Shown one piece after another: positions 53,140-63,298 of a stretch of DNA of 64,000 bases. Positions within the stretch are counted from its first letter, which is position 1, and the number at the start of each line of letters is the position of its first letter. Position numbers and translations under genes: made by a program. Below the pieces are notes generated by a model. The model saw nothing but the letters and a program-made list of their open reading frames with translations, did not search any database and was not told where the DNA came from. The stretch is taken from contig CATNEN010000027.1 in NCBI GenBank assembly GCA_950097015.1, forward strand, positions 744,001 to 808,000. The letters run 5' to 3'. The DNA comes from Macrostomum hystrix. Lineage: Eukaryota; Animalia; Platyhelminthes.

Positions 53140-54087
53140 GTCCACGAGAACAACACCTACCCGGATCCGACGGCCAAAGGCATTCACATTGAGCCCGGCA
53201 AGCTGGTGGAGATCAACTACCGGCACGTGCGCTGGCACGAGGCTGACACTCCGCGTGACGTCTGCCTGCATCCAGAGGCCGTTCGCTCGCGCCGGGTCAC
53301 CGACCTCGGCCAGGACTTCGCCTACTCGGCCGACGGCTGCGTCAAGGCGGCCATCGGGCGCCGGGTTCTTAGGCAGTGCGGCTGCCACTACGCCGAGAAT
53401 CTGCGCGAGACGCCGCCAAACGCGACCCATCCGTACTGCGGCGACATGCGGCTGCGCTTCAGCGCCATCCATCGCAACTTGCTCTGCCTGAGCCAAATCA
53501 ACTTCACGGCGCTGAAAATTGAGCTCAGCGAAAATGAGTGCGCCAGTCCGTGCAGCTACTCAAAGTTTGAGACCTTCACTTCGCAGACAGTGTGGAAGGC
53601 CACAGACTGGCAGCTCTACTGGCTGCTCAAGCAGTCACAGAGCCTCGCCCGCCTACGGGCTAGTCAGCGCCTATCAGAGGGTCCAGAGCGAGAGGAGCTG
53701 GTGCGCACGGCGAAGGACGACTTGAAGCGGCTGCTAAGCCTGCCGCGCCTGTCCAACCTGTCCGCCAGGGACGTCAGGCTGGACTTCAACTCGCACAGCA
53801 ATGAGTTCGCCTACGTTACGGTGCGCAGGCAGACCTGCAATACCATGCGCAAGTCCGAGGCTCAGTCGCTAAACCTGAGCGCCCTGATGAGCCAACTCGG
53901 CGGCCTGTGCAGCCTGTTCCTCGGTCTCACCTGCGCCGTCGCGGTGGAGCTGATCGAGGTAGTGCTAATGCGACGCTGGCGCCAACAGCAGGAGGCGGCA
54001 GCTGCAGTCACTGCTGGCGATGCTGCCGCTGCCATTGAGATGAAGAGGGAGTGCAGTAATGGGGACCACGCCACGGAGAGGCTGTAG
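53140..54087 (+). CDS. DEG/ENaC channel subunit, exon 2 (Cys-rich domain, TM2)
   Basis: GAGCAG|VHENNTYPDP...GIHIEPG, Cys-rich thumb (C..C.C...C..C...C..PC), TM2 LMSQLGGLCSLFLGLTCAVAVELIE; stop TAG ends at 54087. Confidence 0.92.
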   Translation, partial: VHENNTYPDPTAKGIHIEPGKLVEINYRHVRWHEADTPRDVCLHPEAVRSRRVTDLGQDFAYSADGCVKAAIGRRVLRQCGCHYAENLRETPPNATHPYCGDMRLRFSAIHRNLLCLSQINFTALKIELSENECASPCSYSKFETFTSQTVWKATDWQLYWLLKQSQSLARLRASQRLSEGPEREELVRTAKDDLKRLLSLPRLSNLSARDVRLDFNSHSNEFAYVTVRRQTCNTMRKSEAQSLNLSALMSQLGGLCSLFLGLTCAVAVELIEVVLMRRWRQQQEAAAAVTAGDAAAAIEMKRECSNGDHATERL

Positions 54088-54183
54088 GGAACTGCCGAAC
54101 AACACAACACAAGCAAATATAATCACAGTCACTAACATCTACATTTTAAAGATAACCTTTCAATGCTTTTGTGATCAGTCTCT

Positions 54184-54335
54184 GAGCTCGAGACCGCAGC
54201 GAGGCCGCATTCATTCACGGTGCAGTCATGGAGAGAAGGCTTGGGGGCTTGTTTGCGTTACAGTTACTGTGAGAGTGTACACTTCATGCCAATTCAAAAT
54301 GCAGAGCAGACGTACAAACCTGTGTGAGGTTTGTC
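54184..54335 (+). mobile_element. SINE-like element, 5-prime truncated (copy 3)
   Basis: Shares GAGCTCGA..CCGC.GCGAGGCC.CATTCATT, GAGAGAAGGCTTGGGGGCTTGT, GTGAGAGTGTACACT and GTACA.ACCTGTGTGAG with copy 1. Confidence 0.6.
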
Positions 54336-55076
54336 TATCTATGATTTGTACCTCTTATTGTACTGTTTGTGGCAGCAGAAATTAGTGTTCAGAAAAAAAA
54401 CGTTGAAAACAGGGATTTATTATTTAAGTCTGAATAGTTTCAAGTATACTCGCGAAAAGACCAATTACCTTTATGAGAAATCAGCGATATTATCAGGCGA
54501 TGCATATGGACAGAAAGCAGAAGAAAAACAAAAACACAGCGCTCTAATGACCAATGCGCCTTGACAGACATGCCAGCAAAATTGTTAGTTGCAGGAACTA
54601 AAAATCGTCACATGCCCGCACAAAGTCTGGATTAAATTTATACTCTACTGCCACGTCAACAAATATAAGAATTCGTTAGTGTATCTTGAATAAGCAACAA
54701 TAAAATAAGTTTTTTTTAAAACGGTTGTACTACTAACAGTACTATGTAAAGTAAATTTCTTGGTGAAATGTTTTCGATGCATAGTGTCATACAGAACCTT
54801 ACTTATATATGTACATTCACTCATTCGAACAAATAAATAGAGGCAATGACAGCCATCTTAAAAAATGAAGGTGCGCCAAGACAAGCAAAAAATATAAATC
54901 TGCTCAAACTTTACCCATAAATGAGCATGAGGATGTTATTCTATCGGTTCGGATAAAAAGGGCTTTGCTTGGCTTCGTTAAATTTAGCTGTTCAGTCTAA
55001 CAATGCAGGTCGCATTAAAATGAAGCTTTTAGTTTAGCTTTCCTCCTCACAATCTAGTCCTCGCGAGGTTCGACAT

Positions 55077-55479
55077 TCAGTTCGGAATGTACTGCTGCTC
55101 CAGCGTCTTGTCGATGTCCTCGAACTCGTTGCGCAGCGTGGCGAAGGTCGGCCTGTCGTCCGGGTTCTGGTTCCAGCAGGCCATCATGTACTGCTGGTGA
55201 ATCCGCACCGCTGTCTCCTCGTCTGCCCGGGACATGCCGGTTGTTCTGGGGTAGGGCAGCCGGTTCTTCGGGTTCTTCACAAACTGCATCACCTCGCGGT
55301 TGGACATGCCGACGTAGATGGAGCCGCCGAGGGTGATGATCTCGTACAGCAGGATGCCGTAGGACCAGACATCCGACTTGGTGGTGAAGCGGTTCTCGTG
55401 CATGGCCTCCGGTGCTGTCCACTTCACCGGGAACTTGCCCAGCGTCTCCGCCTGATATATTTCATCTTCTTGAACCACT
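55077..55479 (-). CDS. Src-family kinase, exon 4
   Basis: Activation loop EDEIYQ, FPVKWTAPE, SDVWSYGILL, CW...PDDRPTF, and C-terminal QQYIPN with the Csk-type regulatory Tyr. Confidence 0.95.
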
Positions 55480-55611
55480 CTGAATTGGCCAAGATGGTTC
55501 AGAATGGAGCGCTTCTGAGAAGCTTGTTACTCAAGTTTTGTACAGCTGCGCCTTCAAAATTAATCCTATAGAAGTGAAAGTTGCAGTTGAGATCGTTTAA
55601 AATCGTCTCAC

Positions 55612-56020
55612 CTGGCCAAGCCGAAATCAGCGACCTTTACAAAGTTGTCTTTGCCAACCAGAACATTGGCGGCCCGCAGATCTCTGTGGACAAACTTCTT
55701 TTCCTCCAGATAGGCCATTCCGTCCGCAATCTGGTAGGCGATGTCCAGTAGAATGGTCATCGTCAGCTTGTTGACGCCGGAGCTGGACTTTCTCAGGTAG
55801 TCCAGCAGGGCTCCGTTCTCCATGAACTCGGTGATGATGTAGATCTGGTCGGATGGCTCGCGAAGCTCAGTGCAAACGCCAAGAATGTTGACAATCTTCG
55901 GGTGCGACAGTTTATGCATGATCTTAGCCTCGTCCAGGAACTTGTCCTGCGACATGGCCGTATCTGGCTTCAGCGTCTTGATGGCCACATCCAGGATGCC
56001 GTTCCACTTGGCTAGCCAAA
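55612..56020 (-). CDS. Src-family kinase, exon 3
   Basis: TTTCAG|VWLAKWNGILDVAIKTLK...HRDLRAANVLV...KVADFGLAR; HRDLRAAN is the Src-family catalytic loop. Confidence 0.95.
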
Positions 56021-56102
56021 CTGAAATAAGCAGGTGTAGCTTCACTCAGGTTCAGGTTCAGGTCCAAGTAATGACTATTCACACAGCAGGAAACTCGTAT
56101 AC

Positions 56103-56235
56103 CCTCTCCGAAGCTTCCAGCGCCGAGTTTGCGCACCATGCTCAGCGTCGACCTGGGGACTTCGATTTCCTTGAACGGCACTGGACCAGGCGGGTCTGAC
56201 GGACAGGGGTCGGAAAGGGGCGAGCACAGACCGCC
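56103..56235 (-). CDS. Src-family kinase, 3-prime part of exon 2 (SH2 end, linker, Gly-rich loop)
   Basis: GGLCSPLSDPCP...EVPRSTLSMVRKLGAGSFGE; donor G|GTATAC. Begins with the duplicated target site. Confidence 0.9.
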
Positions 56236-56353
56236 TTGACTTACTTGACTTAGCGGCAGGGGGCCTCCATGACGGACGCAGCGAGGAGGCGGCTGTTGCC
56301 GCCCATATCGCTAACCCCTGGCAGCCAGACGGCCTCCAGCGAGGCGGTGCCGC

Positions 56354-59300
56354 TCAGGGTGGTCCGTCGGTCGGTTCCGCCGCGCGATCTTCCTCGCCAT
56401 AGGCTGGGAAGAAATCAGCTCGGCCGGTATCCCGGAGGAAGTGGGCGAGCTGAGGGATGTTCTCGGGCGAGCAGGCTTCGGCAAGAGTCGGTGCCGGCCC
56501 GAGGTGTTTTAGCCTAGCCCGGGTGAAGGCCGGGCAGTGGCAAATGAAATGCTCGGCGTTTTCACGGCCGGAGCAGCAGAAAGGACACGTTTCCTCAGGC
56601 ACGTGGCCTTGGAGGTAGCGGTGTCTGGTGAAGCAGCCATGTCCCGAAAGGGCCATGGTGACTGCTCTCAGGTCTCTGCGGTTTAGCCTGAGTAAGGCCT
56701 TACGCAGGTTACTAGAGGGGGTTGGCACCGCAGCCCTGGACTGGCGACAGTTCAGGGTGCTGGACCACCTCCTCCGGTGCTGGGTCTCCATCCAGTGGTT
56801 GATGCTGGAGTTGACAACGGAGGCGGGGATCGGGGATTCCGGGCCCGGGCCCATCAGGGAGCTGGCTGCTCCAGCCTTTGCAAGCTCGTCCGCCATCTCA
56901 TTCCCTGTGAGCCCGGCGTGCCCAGGGATCCACATCAGCTCCACCTTGTTAGACTGCGCCAAACCGTTTAACTGGGTGTTGCAGTCCAAGGTGGTTCTGG
57001 AGCGAGAGGTGCAGCGACTGAGGGCCTTAAGGGCTGCTTGACTGTCGGAGTGAAAAAAGATCCTCCGACCAGCCAGCTGCCTCTGGCGCAGCTCAGCCGC
57101 ACAGAAGCTGATGGCGAGCATTTCGTTTTGGAAAACGCTTGAGCTCTTGCCACAGTGTTGGGGAGTGGGTCCAGAGGACCTCGCCACCCGAGGCGACGCA
57201 CACCCCGAATCCCGATTTACCGTTCATCAGGGAGCCGTCAGTGTAACAGTGGACTGCGGGGTCATCCCAGCAGTCCTTTACCTCATTACGAGGGAAGATG
57301 CTGACTTTGTACCTGTGGCTCCGGAGTAAAGTGGCCGGGGCCCCGTCCGAAAGGATGGTGAGCCCTCCGCACTCGCCCAGAGTTTTCAGGCAGAGGTCAG
57401 AGTGGGGCAGAAGGGAGCGCTTCGAGAAGGCTCGCGAATTCTGGAAGGATACACCCGCATCAAGGAGACGACGGGTGGACTTTGCCGCTTCCCCCTTAAC
57501 AAAAATGTCAATGGGTGTAGCGTTGAGGAAAGCGTTCATGCCTTCAAAGGGAGTGGAGGGTGGGGCGCCCAGCGTCATGCGACAGGCTCTGCCCTGCACC
57601 CTATAAAGCGCCTCCAGGTTTTTCTGGATGCTCATGGCACTGGCCCAGATGAGGCCAGCGTAAGCGACTGACGGTCTAATGATCGCCGTGTAAATCCACC
57701 AAAGGTTTTTGGGGGTTAGCCCCCAAGTGGTGCCCACGGCTCGCCTGACTTGCGCCAGAATGGCCAGGGCCCTCTTGGCCTTTGTGGTAATGTGCGGGGT
57801 CCAGTTAAGCCTATGGTCTAGCAGGATACCAAGGCACCGGACCTGCTTTTCCATGGCAATATTCTTGCCATAGAGAGTCAGAGGCTCAATGGTCCAGCGC
57901 AGCCTGCTGGTAAACATAACCGCAACGGTCTTGGACTCAGAGAGTCGGAGCCCGCATTGGTCCGCCCAGCGCACCGCCCTGTTGATAAAGCCCTGAATGA
58001 GGTCCCTGGTGGTTTCCGCCGAGGGGCCCGCGCAGATGGCGGTCACATCGTCGGCATATCCCACCTTCAGGACTGGGTCAGGCCGAGTGCTTTTTAGCAG
58101 CTCATCCATGACGAGATTCCACAGCAGTGGGGTGAGGACGCCACCTTGGGGCCCTCCTTTTAGGACAGGTGCCGAGAGCACCCTGCCTTCGAGGTGGGCC
58201 ACCACGTGGCGATTCCGGATCATGTACATGACCCAACGGACGAGGTGGGGGTGAGTGGCCCTGGAAACCAGGGCCTTCTCAAAGGCTTCGAAAATAACGT
58301 TATCGAAGGCCCCCTCAATATCAAGGAAAACAGCCAGGGCAAAACCGCTGCCCAGCACTGCCTTCTCGAGAGTCTCCACAATGCAGTGGAGGGCGCTCTC
58401 CGTGGACCGGCCCGCCCGAAAGGCGTGCTGGTTTGGTGAGAGCGGGGCCCGCCCTAGCTCTACAGTAAGAAGGCGCCAGAGCACCAGTCTTTCCATGAGC
58501 TTGAGGCAGGTGGAAGTCAAGCTTATCGGGCGATAAGACTTGACCGAGCGATAGTCGCCTTTGGCGGGCTTCGGGATGAAGACGACCCGGGCTTCATGCC
58601 ACCGCGCTGGTACGTAGCCCAGCACGATGCAGGCCCGTAGAAGTCTGCAGAGGAGATGGAGGAAGCGGCCATTTTTAACCGCTTCATGCAGAAAGGCCGG
58701 ATATATACCATCTGGCCCAGGTGCTTTAAAAGGATTGAATGACTTAGCCGCGCGAACGATGCGGTCATTCGTAACGAGTGACTGAGCCAGGCCCTGACCT
58801 CCACGCGAGTGGTCGTCTGGGCCGAAGTGCGCCGGTACACTCGGGAAGAAATGCCCTAGCATAAGCTCGAGCGTTTCCTCCGGGCGCTCAGTGATCGAGC
58901 CGTCCGGCTTTTTAATCGATGAGAGCTTGGAGAAGCGGTCGTTGGTGAGCGCCTTTACCACGCGGGCCGTGGGCCGCGAGCCCTCAAGCCCTTCGCAGTA
59001 TTGTCGCCACTTGTTCGCTTTTGCCCTTCTGACCCGGCCCTTAAACTCATGGATGGCGCGAGTATAGGCCTCTTTGTCATCAGGGTCGTGCGAGGTTTTC
59101 AGCTTCCTCTGGAGAGCCTTAGCTCGGCGTCTTAGGATTCCGAGCTCGGGGTTCCACCAGGGGGCCGATTTTTTGCCTTTGTAGGCTTTGAGCGGGCAAG
59201 CCATTTCGTAGGCCTCTGTGATGGCGCCGCCCAGCAGGGCAGCCACTCCATCCAGGTCCTGCGTGGTTTCCATGGCCATGGAGGGGTCAGAATCCCGAAG

Positions 59301-60059
59301 GCCCTCATGCAGCTTTTGGCTGAACGCGGGCCAGTCGGTATTTCTGACATTACGCCTCCAAATAGGCTTTTGCTTCTTATCGGGGGTGCCGATGTTGAAA
59401 CGGATGAAACGGTGGTCCGAGAGCGAGCTTTCGGTCTCCCACACCTCCCACCCCAGCACCCTTGGGAGGATGCCGGGTGAGGCCAGGGTGACGTCAAGCA
59501 CCTCAGCCCACCGCCCATTGTCGAAAGTGGGCGTGTTGCCCACATTGCAAAAGTTTAGAGGCGTGCCGCTGACGAAGGCCAGGAGCTCTTCGCCGCGGTC
59601 ATTGATTTTTGAGCTACCCCAGTGGGTGTGATGCGAGTTTACATCTCCCGCGAGGAGCAGCTCGAAGTTTCGTGCCCTGGCGAATTCACAGAGGGCGACG
59701 AGGGTATCGCTAACCACGGGGGCGTCGCCTGCCAGGTAGGCGGATGCCACGAGGGTCAACTTGTTAGGCACAATGTGTGCAGATTGGATGACGCAGATGT
59801 CCCCGTTAGAGAGATCGGGTCTCATCCACGCATTTAAGGCTTTTGCGGCATAGATCAGTGATCTAGGGCGGACAGAGTCTGCCATGCAGAAGCAGTCATA
59901 GCCAGCAGGAATGTTGCTTGGCTTGTTCTTTGATAGCCAGGGCTCCTGCACAAGTACAAGGCCCGGCATCATGCGCTCTGTCGTGCGCATCAGATTGACT
60001 GATGCTGCCACGCAGTGCTGGGTGTTAACTTGCAGACATGATATTCCGGGGATCATCAT
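56354..60059 (-). CDS. Retrotransposon ORF2: AP endonuclease, reverse transcriptase, RNase H, CCHC-like finger; one +1 frameshift near 57160
   Basis: APE motifs [20 protein letters not shown]; RT motifs [11 protein letters not shown] and YADD; RNase H motifs [23 protein letters not shown]...GNEMAD; finger CPFC...HFICHC. Split between track ORFs 57093..60059 and 56354..57187. Confidence 0.95.
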
Positions 60060-60071
60060 GCAGGCAGAGGT

Positions 60072-61632
60072 CTACTTGGAGGGGGACCCAGCCAGAAGGC
60101 GGTCCTCCTCCTCCGGGTCGATGTCGGTAGCCATGGGCTCCTCCGTGCCCAGGCCCCGAGCCGGAGACGGGAACTCGACGGCGTCAGCCGCCCAGTCCCC
60201 GCCCCCGGCCCCGAGCCCAGGCCCAGAGTCGCCCTCAACTGGAGCCGACACCGCTCCCTGGGCCGTGGGAGGGGCGCTCGAAGGGCCCTGCTCGATGGAG
60301 CTGGGCACCTCTGAGGCCTCCCCCGTAGCCCTTGGTTGCGGCGCCTGCCCCGGTGGGCCACCGCGCATCTCAGCGCGCAGCTGGGCCATCTTGGCGGTTC
60401 GCACCACCTCGGAGGCCCGCTGGAGAAGGCCCCGGCGCTTTGTGACACGCGCGGGGCGACGCTCAGAGCCGCCAGCGATGGCACGCTCTGGCCTTTTTTG
60501 GCGGGACGACTGGGCCCTGCCCCCAGTCCCAGCCTTGGGGTCCGAGGACCCTTCATTGGCCGGTACGGTGGTGGGCCCGGTCTGACCTCGGGTTTTATCC
60601 GCCTCGAAGGCGAAGATTTTGGTCTTCCACAGACCAATGCAAATGTTGGCGCCATCTGGGTAGCGGCGTGTCCATTGCTCGGACAGGCCCAGAATGGCGG
60701 TGAAACCGGTGCCGTCGGGGCGCAGGATCGTGCGGTGCACGATCAGGCCCGCTGTCGGCAGCTCCCGGTTCATCGCGATGAGGCCCCTGCGGAGGTCCTC
60801 AGCGCTGGTGACGACACTTTTCGCCGGGACGAAGATACGGTGTCGCTTGGTCTTTGGTGGCTCGTTCTCCCGTAGGAACTCGAGGCCAGCCGCCCAGCTC
60901 TGCGTGGGCAGCAACTCGAGGAGCCCGCCGCCCCGATTCCGCATCGCCGGGCCAGACGACGAAGCACGATTCCCTGGTAGCGCTTGCGCCGACCGCCAGG
61001 GGCTCGCCCTTCAGTTGAAGTTGCCACAACATAGCATCTATGTTGCGGCAAATGTCGCTGAGCTGTTCGCTGCTCAGCCTTTTCCCGTCTCTGCCGGTGA
61101 TGATGACGGCAGGTTGCCTACGTGCGATGGCGGCGTAGGTAGCTTGTGGTCCCGGGCCCTGTCCGGTGGCGTCCCCACCCTCGGGATCTGCGTCGGCGGT
61201 GGGCACAGGGCCCTCCGCCTCCGCTTCTCCTTCGGGCCGGGCAGCCGTCCGGATGGGCGCCGGGCCCTCCTTGGCCCGCGACCCTGGCCTCGGGGCGTCG
61301 TGGGCTCCGCCCCGTGCAGGAGCCTGGGCAGGAGGCACAAGGCCCCCCGCCCCAGCCCCCGCCCTAGGCAGAGCCCCTTCGGCCCCTCTGGCCTGGGCCT
61401 GGTCCTTGGTCAATGGAGCCGACGTGCCGTGGGCCAGCATGCGCCTACGGCGTTTTGCCGCTCCAGAGGTGGTGGAGCGCTTAGCGCCCCGGTCATCGCG
61501 CGAGTTGGGCAGCGCGGCATTTGTGGCGGTCGCGGGGCCAGCTAGCCCGGGCGCCGCAGCGTGTATGGCCTCAGGCACCATGGTGTCCTCGGCCGGAGCA
61601 GTTGAAGGGCTAGAAGCCATTGAAAGCTGCAA
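60072..61632 (-). CDS. Retrotransposon ORF1 (gag-like, DUF4780-like core); one +1 frameshift near 60925-60934
   Basis: Lies directly upstream of ORF2. TYAAIAR...VIITG and KRHRIFVP...L...N..L patterns resemble ORF1 of LOA/R1-type elements (recalled similarity, not searched). Confidence 0.7.
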
Positions 61633-62287
61633 TGAAGAGAGGGGCTTCCTGTAGACACAGGCAGGAATAACCCGCTCAGCCGCGATCCCAAAACTGAGCG
61701 GGGGCAGCCAAAAAAGACAAGTTACAACCCGGGGTGGGATGCCAGGACCACCGGGAGGAACCGTAAGAGACCAGACTACTCCCTGGCCAAGCGTCCATCA
61801 GCACGGTCAACACTGGGACATTGGAGGGTGCCATTGAGCCGGCGCCGAGGCCTGCGGGCTGGCCGCAAACCCTGTTAAGGTCAAAGGGTGACACCTGTCC
61901 CTCAGGGCCGTAGCCAGAGGTACCTGATCACGCACAGGTGCACGAAAATTGCGGACAAGCCACATACCCTGTTAAGGTCAAAGGGTGACACCTTTCCCTC
62001 CAGCCGGGGCTAGAGGTACCCAGTTTGGCCGGAGGCCCTGGATGGGTCATCCAGCGCTGTTGCCCATTCTGTCCGGCTGCCCTAGGGTCAGCCTTGAACA
62101 CTCGCGGGACGTGTACCCATGGGTCAGCTGACGGGACAGCGTTGGAGGGATTCCTGCACCCGAAGGTACAGGTCTCCTTCCTGCCAGGCCTGCTCAAAAA
62201 ACGGCTGCAGGTGTGAGGCATCGCAGACCAAAGCCCGTGGGCCTGGACTGACTCATACCTCACAGGCACTGTGTCCCGCCGGTGCGA

Positions 62288-62305
62288 GCGAGCACAGACC
62301 GCCAC
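62288..62305 (-). CDS. Src-family kinase, 5-prime part of exon 2 (cut by the retrotransposon)
   Basis: Follows a 72-nt intron with acceptor CCCATCCAG|. Reads (S)GGLCS, then enters the element. Confidence 0.85.
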
Positions 62306-62377
62306 CTGGATGGGCGAAAGCAGTGAGCAGACTCGGGTTTCTGTTATGTCATTTCAATAACTCTTTCTCAAACTTAC

Positions 62378-62954
62378 TCTTGTACTCGTCAATCAACTTC
62401 TGCACAGTGGGATAGGTCTTCGATTTGTTGATGAAGAACACAGTCTCATCAGCTGAGTTCTTAATCTGGTAGTGCTTCACCAGGAAATTGTTCTCGCATC
62501 GGCGGTCGGGAGTTCGAACGCTGAGCGCCAATCGAGCCAGGCCAGCGCTTTGCTTGGCGCAAGGCCGGATGATGTAGGTCCCAGCTGGCAGACCGGCTCG
62601 CAGCAGCATCCGGTTGGCGTCCATCCGGTTGCAGTCCATCCAGCCGCTCAGCTGGCAGGGCATGCCGTTGTACTTGCTGATGTAGTTGTTCGGCACCAGA
62701 CCGCTGCGATTCGTCTCGAGATTCCGCGCCTTCCACCACTGGCTGGTCTGGCACTGCTCCGGCGTGAACTCCAGCTCGATCATGTCACCCTTGCGGATTG
62801 ACAGCTCGTCTTGCTGGGAGGCGACGAAATTGTGAAGGGCCATGTAGGCATTGCGATCATTTTTGCTGGCCGGAACTGAATCAGCGCCTGCCTGGCGATT
62901 TGAGCTGCCTCTCGATGAGGACTTCGGGTTGCACTTTGAGAAGGCTGAGCCCAT
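62378..62954 (-). CDS. Src-family tyrosine kinase, exon 1 (SH4 myristoylation motif, SH3, most of SH2)
   Basis: MGSAFSKC N-terminus; SH3 ALHNF...ELSIRKGD...WW...GLVPNNY; SH2 GTYIIRPC...VKHYQI; donor A|GTAAGT. Uninterrupted model = 507 aa. Confidence 0.93.
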
Positions 62955-63298
62955 TCTTGAAGCACTGCAGCTTCGCTGAATTCTTTAATTTTCCTTGCTT
63001 CGAAAAATTTAAAAAAGTACGCGAAGCCGTGTGTGTTTGTGAGGCTGCGAGTGTCGGCCTGTGCCACCGCGGACCCTGTCTTGTGCAGCTGCAGAGTGTT
63101 TATGCCCAGCCTGACCCTCCATGTAGCTCAACTTTGTCAATAATCTATCGGAAGAATCTCTCGAGCTAAACACTTGGCAGTGACGCAGGCCGGAACTGCA
63201 CCTTCATGAAGGCGCGAATGGCGCAGGCCAGGTAGAAGAATTATAATTTTTATCGAACGGATCTTGCAAATGCGCACACAGCTGTACTGTACAACACT

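Larger units (their letters stand above)
56236..62287 (-). mobile_element. Full-length non-LTR retrotransposon (I group, LOA/R1-like; ORF1 plus APE-RT-RNase H ORF2), 6052 bp
   Basis: Flanked by a 16-bp direct duplication GGCGGTCTGTGCTCGC (62288-62303 and 56220-56235). 3-prime tail (TAAGTCAAG)x2, about 650-nt 5-prime UTR, two ORFs. Confidence 0.95.

Noticed and set aside
48395-54087. Giant ORFs (1878, 1678 and 1445 aa) including a metallothionein-like (MCPCV)n and His-rich repeats
   Set aside because: They are translations of a stop-free 15-bp array, open in several frames on both strands. Only 53140-54087 has protein-family motifs.
61633-62287. Canonical HDV-like or hammerhead ribozyme in the LINE 5-prime UTR
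   Set aside because: Partial look-alikes (GGTTCCTCCCGG, CTGATGGAC) could not be assembled into the required P1-P4 or CUGANGA/GAAA topology by eye.
56269-62415. Numerous + strand ORFs over the retrotransposon
   Set aside because: Antisense shadows of GC-rich coding sequence.
2934-62954. Functional neuro-sensory gene cluster (nAChR, claudin-like, DEG/ENaC, Src)
   Set aside because: Adjacency alone is not evidence of co-regulation in an animal genome, and no shared regulatory element could be supported beyond generic CCAAT-like matches.
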